A stretch of DNA of 64,000 nt, taken from assembly GCA_965216565.1 (NCBI GenBank), contig OZ244170.1:416001-480000 (forward strand). Direction: 5' to 3'. The notes under the pieces were generated by a model. The model had not been told where the DNA came from and ran no database searches. It saw nothing but the letters and a program-made list of their open reading frames with translations. Positions 16,720-27,337 of this stretch are shown piece by piece; position 1 is the first letter of the stretch, and each line of letters starts with the position of its first letter. This DNA comes from Bythopirellula sp. (GTDB lineage: Bacteria; Planctomycetota; Planctomycetia; Pirellulales; Lacipirellulaceae). Both the position numbers and the translations under genes were made by a program.

Positions 16720-18109
16720 GATATTGGTCGTCGATGATGAGCAGGCGATTTGCTGGGGCTTCGTCAAACTTGGCGAAAGCATGGGGCACCAAGTACTAAC
16801 AGCAGCTTCTGCTGAGGAAGGGCTTCGGGTGGCAGCCCAATCGTCTCCCGACTTACTCGTACTCGATGTTCGTTTGCCCGGCATTGATGGACTAACAGCC
16901 TTGGAAAAATTCAAGGCAATTATCGGGAATGCTCCGGTCATTATTATTACTGCCTTTGGAGCCCTAGATATTGCTGTGAAAGCGGTTCGCGGTGGTGCTT
17001 TTGAGTATCTCATCAAGCCTTTTGATTTAACGGAAGTGCGGGCGGCAATAGAACGTGCACTTCGTAGTGTTGATGAGATTGCTATCGCTCCCTCACATAA
17101 TGACTCTCATGATGAGATGGTTGGAGCAACTCCGATTATGCAGGCCCTATTCAAGCGGATCGCGTTGGCTGCCCAGTCAGAAGCCAATATCCTAGTTAAT
17201 GGCGAAAGCGGAGTCGGCAAGGAATTGGCGGCACGTGCTATTCACTGTTATAGCCCACGAGCAGACGCTCCCTTCGTCGCGGTCAATGTTGCTGCCTTGA
17301 ATTCTAACCTTGCCGAATCAGAATTGTTTGGCCACGTCGATGGTGCCTTTACAGGAGCTAAAAGCAGTAGAGAGGGACTTCTGCAACAAGCCGATGGCGG
17401 TACGCTATTTCTGGATGAAGTTGCGGATATTCCGATGGCACTACAAGTAAAACTTTTGCGTGCAATTGAGCAGCAAGAGGTCTTGCCAGTGGGAGCTGAC
17501 GAGCCAATCAAGACTTCCTTCCGCGTGATTTCAGCAACACACCAGAATCTAAAAAGTCAGGTGAAAGCAAGTGCATTCCGGCACGATCTTTTTTATCGAA
17601 TTTCTGCTTTTGAAATCGTTATCCCTGCACTCCGCCAGCGAATCGAGGACATTCCGCTGTTGGCATCGTTTTTTGCAGTACAAGTGGGTGATGGGTCTCT
17701 CTCGTTAGCTCAAAGCACCCTTACTGACATGAAACAACGCAACTGGTCTGGCAATGTTCGGGAACTTCGCAACGCTATAGAACATGCCAGTGTTGTTGCT
17801 CGTACAGGGATTATTCTGCCTGAACACTTACCCGCTGAACAAGCGAGCTGTGAACCTGAGCCACCTACTTTACCAACTAGCAATCCAAGTTTAGCTGCCG
17901 CCTTAAATCATCGTGCCAACGAGTTGCTCGATGATCCCACAGCGGTAGGGATAGTCTACGAGACACTATTGAAAGAGGCGGAAGCACCTTTACTTAGCAA
18001 TGCTATGGAACGGTTCGACAACGAATGTGCTCCAGCCGCTCGCGCACTGGGTTTGCATCGCACTACATTGAAAAAGAAGCTCAAACAGCACAACATTGTT
18101 GGCGATTAA
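16712..18109 (+). CDS. sigma54-dependent NtrC-family response regulator
   Basis: Receiver (VVDDE, LDVRLP), GESGVGKE, GAFTGA, FLDEV, Fis-type HTH. Confidence 0.96.
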   Translation: MSKILVVDDEQAICWGFVKLGESMGHQVLTAASAEEGLRVAAQSSPDLLVLDVRLPGIDGLTALEKFKAIIGNAPVIIITAFGALDIAVKAVRGGAFEYLIKPFDLTEVRAAIERALRSVDEIAIAPSHNDSHDEMVGATPIMQALFKRIALAAQSEANILVNGESGVGKELAARAIHCYSPRADAPFVAVNVAALNSNLAESELFGHVDGAFTGAKSSREGLLQQADGGTLFLDEVADIPMALQVKLLRAIEQQEVLPVGADEPIKTSFRVISATHQNLKSQVKASAFRHDLFYRISAFEIVIPALRQRIEDIPLLASFFAVQVGDGSLSLAQSTLTDMKQRNWSGNVRELRNAIEHASVVARTGIILPEHLPAEQASCEPEPPTLPTSNPSLAAALNHRANELLDDPTAVGIVYETLLKEAEAPLLSNAMERFDNECAPAARALGLHRTTLKKKLKQHNIVGD

Positions 18110-18458
18110 GTGAAGTTCGAAGCTTCTTACCTCGGCAGTTTGAACTGTCCGAAAAATCGCAGCTGAAATACAAACCGATACGAATTTCGTATTACGCTAT
18201 GTCGCCTTAGGTGGGATCTGCCGAATGTATTTCATGCAATCTTTTGTTGACCTCGGTCGCCCACACCGAACGTAGATGTGGTTAGTAAGCTGATGGAGGT
18301 TGAATCTTTTGCAGCGAGATTATCGAGTTGCACATTCTTAGATTTTCGATGGCTAAACCATGCCTACGTAGGAAGGGAGGGGCAGAGAAGATTCTTTGAG
18401 AGGATTCCTACTTCTTTTGACAGCCTTACTTCACGAGAATTAGAAAACTAAGGATCTA

Positions 18459-19556
18459 TTGATCTCTGCGCATCCAAAGTGCCTTTCATAATTTCAACTG
18501 GGCGGATTTGAAGAAGGATTGTTTTAAGGAATGACTGATTTGTTGGCCTTTCAGTGTCGATCGAGCTTTGCGTTTGAGGTGCGACACGTCGTCGGGGACG
18601 AAGTTCGCCAGCTTTCCGTACTTCGCATGGCTCCATCTCGGCTCGACCGGATTGAGTTCGGGGGAGTATGCCGGCAGCCACTCGAATTCAACGCTTTCGA
18701 CTCGCGATGCCTCGATACGCTTGCTAACCGCGCGATGGACGCTCCAACGATCCCAAACGACGATCATCGGACGTTGCAGCTTTCGGCGCATCTCGGTGAG
18801 AAACGCGACAACTTCGTTGGTGCGGATGTTGTCGTCATGAATTTGAAACGGCGTACTGATAGTTCGTCGCGTCGGAGAAAGCGCCACGGCACCAATGACG
18901 CTCAAGCGATCGTAACGATCCCAAGCCCGTTGCACCGGTGTCTCACCTGTTTTCGCCCACGTTCGACGGTTCACCGGCTGCAGACGGAAGCCCGTTTCAT
19001 CGATAAATACAATGCTGGCGCCACGCCGACGGGCTTTTTTTTGATCCGCGGCCAATCTTTCTTGCGCCATCGCTCGACCGCTTCGGCGTCTTGTTCGCGG
19101 GCGACTTGTCGAGGTTTCTGCGGGCTGAAGCCCAAGTCGTGCATGATGCGACCGAGGTGGTCGGGATGGTACGTGACGCGAAAACGCTTGCGCACCAACT
19201 CGGCGACGCGAGCGCAAGTCCATAGATCGGTCGAAAAACCCGCTGCGATCGGCCCGGCAACTAGCAGTTCGACTAATTCCTCGCGTTGCTTCTCGGACAA
19301 CTTGGCTTCCCGTGGCGGATGTGGTTTGGCGGCCAAAGCATCCACGCCACCCGACTTCCAAGCCGACTTCCAACGCTTCACGCTGGTCAGGCTCACGCCA
19401 AAAAGGCGGGAAATGGTGCGCAGAGATTCCCCTGTATGGAAATGCTCTGCAGCGCGACGACGACGAGCCTCCAGCTCTGTCGCACTGCCTGGTGTTCTCA
19501 TGGAACATAGTACGGTGCTAGCTCCAGGCAAGGTTCATTTCACGCGCAGAGATCAA
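18459..19556 (-). mobile_element. IS630-family insertion sequence, complete
   Basis: Terminal inverted repeats TTGATCTCTGCGC / GCGCAGAGATCAA flanked by TA at 18457-58 and 19557-58; higher GC than the flanks. Confidence 0.95.
18486..19531 (-). CDS. IS630 transposase in two frames (HTH orfA 18971-19531; DDE part to 18486) joined by a -1 frameshift
   Basis: orfA has HTH/WT motifs; second frame has FIDETG, VVWDRWSVH, LPAYSPELNPVE; A8 run at 19035-19042 at the overlap. Confidence 0.9.
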
Positions 19557-19629
19557 TAGAATTATTCAGAATTTTGGTAATCATTAGGTAAGGCAACTCA
19601 GTTCTCATTGAGCTGAAATATAGGGATGG

Positions 19630-20061
19630 GTGTATATGGCTAATCGACCAATTCCAACGCAGTGCCTCGACTGCAAGAAACCTTTTCTTCATGGGGAGGA
19701 GATAAGGAATATTCTTATGGGAATAGAGAGGATTGATGATGGCGGCGGAATTATCACTGACGGTGATATTCTATACCACGTTGCGTTTTGCCTAGACTGC
19801 TGGGGTAGCGTAGGTCAGGAAGCAATAATTGTTCCCGGTCTGTCATTAGAAGCTCCAAAGTTTGAACAGTCAGATTACATCTGCTTCGCAAGTCATAGCT
19901 CAATCAATAACGGAGATAAAATGGTATCGGCATGTACCAATGCAGAATATCACAGTGGGAAATACCCGCTACAAATAGTTGGTGGAGACTGGATTTGGAT
20001 GCTTTGTATGAACTGTGCCTCGGATGTTGATTTCACTGAAGTACAGATACAGCAAAGGTAA
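19630..20061 (+). CDS. Cys-rich hypothetical protein (CxxC pairs, internal two-fold repeat)
   Basis: CLDC, CLDC, CFAS, CMNC motifs. Confidence 0.5.
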   Translation: MYMANRPIPTQCLDCKKPFLHGEEIRNILMGIERIDDGGGIITDGDILYHVAFCLDCWGSVGQEAIIVPGLSLEAPKFEQSDYICFASHSSINNGDKMVSACTNAEYHSGKYPLQIVGGDWIWMLCMNCASDVDFTEVQIQQR

Positions 20062-20120
20062 TGAGACAGCAGCTCATTTTAGAAGGGGGATTCTGACACT
20101 GCTATTTTTTTTGGTTCAGG

Positions 20121-20507
20121 TTACTTAGGGTCAACGTATTTGACCGGCACTAGATTATGTGTGGCCATATCAACTGCTAGTTGAGCTTGTTCCATAGGAA
20201 TGTAACCGAGTAAGGGTTCGTAGCCGCCTCCTTCTGGCTGCATATCGACGAACAAGATTTCCGTGCGTACCGCACGACAGCCGTCTATCTGAAGTTTTAC
20301 AGATCCCCATACTTCAGCGGTGGTAGTGCTTTGGTTACCTAGTTCAACCTTGACCTTACCTAAATGTTCAAGCTGACCTAGACAGTCTTTCCAAGCCGAA
20401 GGTAATGCTAAGAAGACAGTACCAGTATCGACTAATGCATTGCACTCAAAGGTGGTGTTTGGCTCGCTGAGATTCGAGATTGTGAGTTTAGTAGTAATCC
20501 GCCCCAT
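20121..20507 (-). CDS. Clan AA (retropepsin-like) aspartic protease
   Basis: ALVDTGT and PLLGYIPME motifs. Confidence 0.85.
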   Translation of the reverse strand: MGRITTKLTISNLSEPNTTFECNALVDTGTVFLALPSAWKDCLGQLEHLGKVKVELGNQSTTTAEVWGSVKLQIDGCRAVRTEILFVDMQPEGGGYEPLLGYIPMEQAQLAVDMATHNLVPVKYVDPK

Positions 20508-20691
20508 GAGCGAAGCTTAACACATCAGGAACTGTCATGAATACTATTGATAGAAGAGATTTTTGGCAGCGAGCTAATAGCGTGGTTCGCGAGCGAGGGA
20601 TGAGGTGACCCCAAGGCTTTAGCAGATTCTATTGGTCGACAAGACAATTCGTGATGGGGATGCTCACTAATTTGAGCAAGTCATGATGACT

Positions 20692-23600
20692 TTACTCGTT
20701 GGCGATGAATGCCCTTATAGCCCCGATTGTCCCCTCCTCAGGCTCTTTCAATCTAAGCCACTCGCGTCGCGCTTGACGTACCCATTCCTTCAGCTGATCG
20801 TCGTCCGACAGTTCAGGAGGAGGAAAACGCGTAGCGAGAAGCCGCGATGGTCGCCTTAGCCGAACTCCAAATCGGAACCATGCTAGAGTTCCCGGCGAAT
20901 CGCATCCGTATTTAATGCACATCGGCAAACTAGCGAGTGCGAGTGGTACGTCTCCGTCTAGAATCTGCTCCGCTATGGCTAAGAAACCACCTGCGATCAG
21001 CGACAGTGACGACCAGGCGTCATGGGAAACAGAAAGTGCTTTAGGGATTGGCTTACCCGCAATTCGATCACTGTCGATCTCGTCGACATCTTTTTCAGTA
21101 ATAATACTTGCGATTTCAAGGAAGCTCTTACCCGCCATCCAAGCATCGAGGGGTTTCTCAGCAGAGTTCCATGCTTCTTCCCAGAATTCTGGCGGCTTCC
21201 AATTCAAATCGCGATCGTGGAACAGGTCGGTGTGGTCTCTCACGATGGCTTTGAATTCTGCGGACACATGTTTCAGTTTGGGCGCAGGAATTTGTTTTGC
21301 CAATAAACCCGGTGGAATGTGTTTCACGAGCCGCAAGAATTCCTCACGCCAATCGATGACGTTCCAGTCCCGATAATCCGGCGGCAGCTCAGTTCGTACA
21401 GTATTCCAGGCCTGACTAATCGCAAGCGTTAGAAAGAAGTCTAATCCGGCACGCTGTGCAGCGATGGTTAACCATTCGGGCGCATCTGTCGACTCAATGA
21501 ATTCGGTGCCGATTGCAAGCAAAGCATCCGCATTTGCTTCTGTGACTTCCGGTTCACCACTCTTTCGTCGAAGGTATGCGGCGTATGTTCGACGCAGGAC
21601 TGGCTTCGGATCGATCTGATGCTCATCACCGCCGGCAAGCAGAGACACTACCTGCAACTCTGTGTCGTTAGCTTGATCGGAGCGAAGCGTGTCTGCACAA
21701 AGTGAGTCTAGGAAATCTGATAAGCCACTTTGAACGCGTACAGAATCATCGCTTTTCTGTAGGTAGTCGACTTGGCTTCTCGCACGCTTGACCGAATCGA
21801 AGTCATCGAACGCCACCGGTTTGTCTGGCACTGCCACAACAAGCCCTTGGTTGGCAAAACCTGCTCGTCCAGCACGGCCAGCAGCATTGAGTAACTGCGA
21901 AAACTTTCTACGTTGAACATTCTCTTGTTCTTCTCCCCGTGGGTCGCCAATACGAGAACCGGCAATGATGACGGCGATCGCCGGAAGATTGAGTCCTTGG
22001 GCGAGCGTTCCTGTTGCAAACATGACCGGAGCGCTACGAGACCGGAACATTGATTCAGCACCGATCTTCTCCGTTTCCAACATCAATGACGTGTGAACAG
22101 CAACTCCCTTGTCAAGAAGCGAAAACACTTGTGACTCGGTCCCTAGTTCGTACTCGGCCAACGTGCGGCAGATATCGACGAGTGGGGCATGAGCTGGGAG
22201 TGCGTCGAGAATGGATTCAGCCAACTTGACTTTTTTCCCGTTTGAGAAAGGGTAATGCTTGCTGGCGGGAGTGAAGATCAACGTCTGAATACCGGATTGT
22301 GCAAGCTTACTCCCCAGACTAATGGCGCACTTGTTGACCCAACTGTCACCTTCCCAATGGTATTCCCATTTCTTGAGACGCTTTTCTCGTACCAGTTTCA
22401 GCGGAGCTTCACAGTCGACTCGTGTTACGGCATAGTCGTCCTGTTCTTCCGATTGCCACGCGCCTTGCAGGTTTACGGCGAGAGCGCATTCCGACTTGAA
22501 GGATATCTTCTTCGTTCTGATTGGTCGAGTTTTCAAATCTTCGATAGAGTCACCCGCTCGACTCTGTACGGAGTCGTTATCGACGCCCAAAACCGCTCGC
22601 AACGTCCGCGTGGGACGCCAGCGAATCGTTACAGCTCCACTCGTTCCCTCTGTCGCCTCGGCTAGCCATTCGGAAAGTTCCTCTGGGTTCTGGACGATTG
22701 CCGACATCAGCAGAAAACGACATCCTGGTGCTCTGATCATTAGCTGAGTCAGGACGAGTTCCGCCACCGGCCCGCGAGTAGAACCAGTGTCTCCTAGAAG
22801 ATGACATTCGTCGAAGACAACCAACTGGCAGTCGTGAAATGCTCCAGGTGACAGCCGTAGTGCCAGAGCACACTTTTCGGGCGTCATCACTGCGACCGAA
22901 TTAGCTGGCATTTGATCGACGCGTTCAGCCGTAAATATTGAGTATTCTTGGTCCCCAATAAACGCGAAAATCTCTGTATCCAAGTCCCTTAGCCCTTCGC
23001 GAAGGTCGCCACGGATTTGCTCCGTAAGTGCGTTGGTTGGAGCCAAGTAGAGCACCCAGCCATTTTGAACGGCTTGTGAAATTGCCAATTCGGCGACAAA
23101 AGACTTCCCACTGCCAGTGGGCATCGCTGCTACGCAGTGTTTGGTGTCGCCAAGCAAACAAGCCCGCACGTATTCGAACGCTGATGGCCATAACACCGGC
23201 CGACTCATTGAGCGAGCATTTCCTACCGATCTCGCCTTCAAGTAACTACGATATGCCTCAGCATTCCCGCCTGCTGGATCGGGCACGACGTGAATAAGGG
23301 CTCGCTCTCCAAGGGCAGGTATGCAAAGCCTAAGGAGTACGCTCAGATGAAATATCCGGCTGTATTCATAGCCAAAAAGGGGAAGATTGGCTTCAGCTGA
23401 CTCCATTGAGAGAGCGTTGATGATGCTATCAAGCCGTTGTGTCGAGGAAGATAGAGCATCCTCTACACCTGCGAGCCACGAAGAGAACTCGCCTGCAGCA
23501 GCCCCTAGTTCTATGTAAAGCCGGGCAACGGTGTCCTGCTCAAGTGCTTCGGGCTCTAGGTCATCAGCGTTTCCAAAGTCTTCTGAGAATTCCGTACCCA

Positions 23601-24129
23601 AGGTCGGAGACAGATTCAAACGACACAATGTTTCAAGTCGCTGGAAACACCACACTGCTGCCACATCAGCGATCGAGTTACTTCTCTGGGCCGCTGACTC
23701 GCTTGCTCTCAAAACACTAGCAGCACATGCATCGTATCTGGCAAACAGGTACAGCAGCGATGATTCGACTCTGGCAAACCGCTCGGCTGATCGAACTTCC
23801 TCGACTCGTTCTTCTTCACTAGCTTCCACCGCAACGGCAAGGTAATCAGCCATGAGCGCAATCGCCTCGGCAGCCACAAAACCTGCCGCTTGACGTTCGG
23901 AAGTCTCACGGGCTTCGTCAAGAACGACGTGGAAGATCAAGGTGTTCGCCAAACGCCGCAGGAATGGCTGAACGTCACCTAGTTGCTCAGCAGCATCCTC
24001 GGAGCCGTTGACGCGATATTGAACTACTGCGAGGTAAGCCTGTGACAGTGCACGAGTCGCGTTCTCTTGAATGAGCCCGTCAAACTCTGAGAAGTCCGCG
24101 AACAGGGATCGTGCATAGTCGTCAAACAT
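20692..24129 (-). CDS. hamB: Ski2-like DEAD/DEAH helicase, Hachiman HamB/AbpB-like
   Basis: PTGSGKS, TPEK, DECH, MSA, ATGTLAQGLNLPA, AGRAGRAG; long helical N-terminus; follows a nuclease gene by 6 bp. Confidence 0.8.
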   Translation of the reverse strand: MFDDYARSLFADFSEFDGLIQENATRALSQAYLAVVQYRVNGSEDAAEQLGDVQPFLRRLANTLIFHVVLDEARETSERQAAGFVAAEAIALMADYLAVAVEASEEERVEEVRSAERFARVESSLLYLFARYDACAASVLRASESAAQRSNSIADVAAVWCFQRLETLCRLNLSPTLGTEFSEDFGNADDLEPEALEQDTVARLYIELGAAAGEFSSWLAGVEDALSSSTQRLDSIINALSMESAEANLPLFGYEYSRIFHLSVLLRLCIPALGERALIHVVPDPAGGNAEAYRSYLKARSVGNARSMSRPVLWPSAFEYVRACLLGDTKHCVAAMPTGSGKSFVAELAISQAVQNGWVLYLAPTNALTEQIRGDLREGLRDLDTEIFAFIGDQEYSIFTAERVDQMPANSVAVMTPEKCALALRLSPGAFHDCQLVVFDECHLLGDTGSTRGPVAELVLTQLMIRAPGCRFLLMSAIVQNPEELSEWLAEATEGTSGAVTIRWRPTRTLRAVLGVDNDSVQSRAGDSIEDLKTRPIRTKKISFKSECALAVNLQGAWQSEEQDDYAVTRVDCEAPLKLVREKRLKKWEYHWEGDSWVNKCAISLGSKLAQSGIQTLIFTPASKHYPFSNGKKVKLAESILDALPAHAPLVDICRTLAEYELGTESQVFSLLDKGVAVHTSLMLETEKIGAESMFRSRSAPVMFATGTLAQGLNLPAIAVIIAGSRIGDPRGEEQENVQRRKFSQLLNAAGRAGRAGFANQGLVVAVPDKPVAFDDFDSVKRARSQVDYLQKSDDSVRVQSGLSDFLDSLCADTLRSDQANDTELQVVSLLAGGDEHQIDPKPVLRRTYAAYLRRKSGEPEVTEANADALLAIGTEFIESTDAPEWLTIAAQRAGLDFFLTLAISQAWNTVRTELPPDYRDWNVIDWREEFLRLVKHIPPGLLAKQIPAPKLKHVSAEFKAIVRDHTDLFHDRDLNWKPPEFWEEAWNSAEKPLDAWMAGKSFLEIASIITEKDVDEIDSDRIAGKPIPKALSVSHDAWSSLSLIAGGFLAIAEQILDGDVPLALASLPMCIKYGCDSPGTLAWFRFGVRLRRPSRLLATRFPPPELSDDDQLKEWVRQARREWLRLKEPEEGTIGAIRAFIANE

Positions 24130-24135
24130 GCCAAT

Positions 24136-25020
24136 TTACCCTTCCCACGCAGCGTATGTACGCATAATGACACAAATGTTATCAAACGCTTCACGAGCGT
24201 CGGCTAACGCCAAAGGAATTAGGATTTTTCGGGAAACAGGAATCGCCAGTTTGCTTAAGGACTGACGCCTTCGATTCCAGTCGCTGGAATGGGCATCATC
24301 ACAGCAGATGAATGGCAAATAACTCCGTTCTTCTTTCCAGAAGCTACTAGCCAGTTTACTGTTCACATCTGCTGGCAAAGCGCACCTAAGTTGATTTACA
24401 GCTGCACGGATCTCTATATCTCGTTTGTTAGAATCAACTTCCCCAAGCTTATTTGATGCGTCAGTGATGCCGCGTCCAGGGTCCTCGAAATAGGCCTTAC
24501 ACTCCCCGGCAGACACTCCCAACGCATCCGATTGATAGACGGCAATCATATCAAGCCCGTGATCGTGAACGTCATACTTGATGCTTGTTTTGGCGAGCAC
24601 ATGTCCGCTCGGATGAAAAGCCTCATCCTTTCGCGATAGATGCATCAGCATGTGGCTGATCCCTTCCCACATCCAAGGGTTACGCACCATGGTTTTAAAC
24701 TCCTCATCGACGTCCTCTTCACCAACTACGGCAACCACGTCTGCGAGAAGCTCCCGATTGAAATTCTGCTCAGCGAAAAGCGCGCGGCGTATTTGAAGGT
24801 TTGCGTCAATGCTCTGAGCAATTGCTGAGACAAGGTAGACGGCTGTGGCATCCAGGCATTGCTGCAGATCGAAGTTGCTCAACAGTGACACGGAATGTGT
24901 TTTGCACTCTGTCTGTTGGAGGCCAAGGCTATCTGAGAGTTCCTCTAACGCCGTCTCAACATCATCGCTGAGTCGATTCACGCCAAAGTAGAGTCCGCTG
25001 GTGGTAATACAATCTGACAT
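24136..25020 (-). CDS. hamA: PD-(D/E)xK nuclease, Hachiman HamA (DUF1837)-like
   Basis: EGISH...HGLDMIAV...GECKAY catalytic pattern; ~300 aa; directly upstream of the helicase. Confidence 0.65.
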   Translation of the reverse strand: MSDCITTSGLYFGVNRLSDDVETALEELSDSLGLQQTECKTHSVSLLSNFDLQQCLDATAVYLVSAIAQSIDANLQIRRALFAEQNFNRELLADVVAVVGEEDVDEEFKTMVRNPWMWEGISHMLMHLSRKDEAFHPSGHVLAKTSIKYDVHDHGLDMIAVYQSDALGVSAGECKAYFEDPGRGITDASNKLGEVDSNKRDIEIRAAVNQLRCALPADVNSKLASSFWKEERSYLPFICCDDAHSSDWNRRRQSLSKLAIPVSRKILIPLALADAREAFDNICVIMRTYAAWEG

Positions 25021-25483
25021 CGCTCTTTGATTTGTCTCGACAATAGGACTGAAACCTATTGAGTTAAGTCCTCCGTGGCAGAAACGTACTAAGGCTCTCC
25101 ACCCGTCCTAACTGCTGTTGCTGCTTAGGCCGGATTGTTGAGTATGGAACATATAGTGACTTATCAGCATATTAGAGACTTTTTTCGACATCTGTCCATG
25201 TGACTCATCCTCATTGACAATAGTTTTCACGAAACGTTGCCTACTTGCGCAGATATATGCTGCTTAAAATCATAGGCCTGGGCACGAAGCCAACAGACGT
25301 CCGTTCCTTCAACTAAGGCTCGGCGACAGCAATCGGTCACAGTGATAAGACTAAGCAGCAGTCGAACGGAAAATGCGACCGTCTCGACAGAGCCTGAAAC
25401 CGCAGTCCCCGTTTGGGCTTTGCGTCAGGCAACGCCAAAGTTGTACGTCGAAGAATCTGCCTAGAAAAATAAGTTGTTAAACT

Positions 25484-25915
25484 TCACTCAGCATCAATAA
25501 TGACTTCACAACCGACTGCCTGATGGATTTGAGTAAGGGCCTCCGCCAAGGTCACAGTATTTCTTGCAACTTGGAGTTCGAACATCAAAACCTCGGTAAA
25601 CCCATTGGCAACTTATCCGAAATCAACGAGTCGTCCACGGTAATCGGCAGAGACAAGCTGCAGCGCTCGCCTGGCTCGGGGTAGAATGGGATCGTTATAG
25701 AGACGCAACTGTTCATCTGCGGCATTCGCCTGTTCAGTGAGGCGACGAATCTGACGGTACGTGTCATCACGAGCGTCTGTAAACTCTCGCGAGGAGGCAG
25801 CTACATTGGCAGAGGCCTCTCTGATACCCGCGCTAATGCGCTCCCGCCAAATTGGGAGCATCAAACCAACCATGAAATTAACGTTGTCGTGACCGTTGGC
25901 CGATCCTGCGACAGC
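25484..25915 (-). pseudogene. 3' remnant of a TolC/CzcC-family outer membrane factor
   Basis: VGLMLPIWRE...ILPRARRALQL..ADY, in-frame stop at 25613, homology continues to TGA at 25484; 5' part absent. Confidence 0.75.
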
Positions 25916-26026
25916 GAGTTGATCTCCATGAGATGGACATACGTTCCGTCGATGAAATCAAGCCCTACTCGGTTTTAAGGCGAACTGTAAGTTAATTCCC
26001 TAAAAATCGGACTGGCCTCTTGACGC

Positions 26027-26075
26027 AAGTTTAGCCTTGGCTAAACTATCGCAAAGTTTAGCCTGCGCTTAACTT
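26027..26075. promoter_or_regulatory. Two tandem MntR-type operator palindromes overlapping a promoter
   Basis: AAGTTTAGCcttgGCTAAACTA and AAGTTTAGCctgcGCTTAACTT directly after TTGACG (26020); same TAGC-N4-GCTA core as the E. coli MntR box. Confidence 0.75.
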
Positions 26076-26174
26076 GGTTCGGCATTGCCGTTTGGTTCTC
26101 TCAAAGAGTCCGTACGGTTGTACGGAGAAGTTGCGCGCATCCTCAATCCCTTCACGCAATTCCGGGAGGTAGGT

Positions 26175-27212
26175 ATGAGTCGGTATCTTGATCGTTGCAC
26201 GAGGTCGTCAAGATTCGCAGGTTTTACTCTGGTCGAGTTGTTGGTTGTGATCGCAATTATTGGGGTTCTAATTGCGATGTTGCTGCCGGCAGTTCAGGCA
26301 GCTCGCGAAGCCGCAAGGCGGGCTTCTTGCCAGAATAATTTGAAGCAGCTGGGTCTAGCGATTCAGAATCATCTTGCCGCCCAGGGTAGCTTCCCGGCAG
26401 GTGTAATCCGCAAGAAGTGGGATCAGCAACCAACGTGGTCGGAGGGACATTGGGCTTGGGGTGTGTTCGCAAATGTCTTGCCGTACATCGAACAAGGCAA
26501 TCTTCACGGGGCGCTCCGTCTCGACATGCCCCTACTGGGTGCCCCACCGATGTTTCCCATTCTTCCAGACCATCAAGAATTGGTTAACAAGCACGTAGAA
26601 ATATACCTTTGCCCCAGCGATAGCGAAGTGGTGCTTGATGAGCGATATCGGCCACTGAATTACGTGGCATGTCTGGGAAGCGGGGTTCAGACAGAGACGC
26701 AAACTGCTGGATCAGATCGTGAAGTGGACGGCTTATTTTATGTTAACTCGTACATTAAGCCTCGTCAGATCACGGACGGACTGTCCAATACGATCGCGAT
26801 CTCGGAGACTATCCTCGGCCCAGGAGGTCCAGGCCCCGATGGCTATGTCGTTTCCACCCCGCCCTCTGCACTGTCCGACGTCTGGGCTGCTCTGATGTCC
26901 CCAGATTTGAGCGAGAGCAATTGCGACTCGGCCGGTTCCTTCGGAGTGACGCGTGGAAACACCTGGGCGGCAGCCAGTCATCTAAGTGGCTTCTTCAATG
27001 CCTATCTGCCGCCCAACACTTCGCGTCCAGATTGTATCGCCCATTTTACCTTCTCACCTGGATGGGTCGCCGCGCGCAGTCGACACCCAGGAGGTGTCAA
27101 CACCCTGTTTGCCGATGGAAGCGTGCGACTGGCGCAAGATGCAGTCGATATTATGTTGTGGAGATCGCTTGCTACGCGAAACGGTAGTGAAACAGCACAA
27201 ACGCTGGAGTAA
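26175..27212 (+). CDS. DUF1559 domain protein
   Basis: [45 protein letters not shown] 26175 with GGAGGT RBS. Confidence 0.95.
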   Translation: MSRYLDRCTRSSRFAGFTLVELLVVIAIIGVLIAMLLPAVQAAREAARRASCQNNLKQLGLAIQNHLAAQGSFPAGVIRKKWDQQPTWSEGHWAWGVFANVLPYIEQGNLHGALRLDMPLLGAPPMFPILPDHQELVNKHVEIYLCPSDSEVVLDERYRPLNYVACLGSGVQTETQTAGSDREVDGLFYVNSYIKPRQITDGLSNTIAISETILGPGGPGPDGYVVSTPPSALSDVWAALMSPDLSESNCDSAGSFGVTRGNTWAAASHLSGFFNAYLPPNTSRPDCIAHFTFSPGWVAARSRHPGGVNTLFADGSVRLAQDAVDIMLWRSLATRNGSETAQTLE

Positions 27213-27337
27213 TTGGACGGTGCACTGAAATTCTTATAGACCTAAGGGTAGCTGATTTCAGTTTGGCAGGGAGTCAATTGCTCTGGCCGTTTACGCACGT
27301 TCGAAGGGTCTGCTGTAGAGGTAATGAGGATATTCCG

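Noticed and set aside
18531..19559. 342-aa + strand ORF
   Set aside because: Antisense shadow of the GC-rich IS630 transposase.
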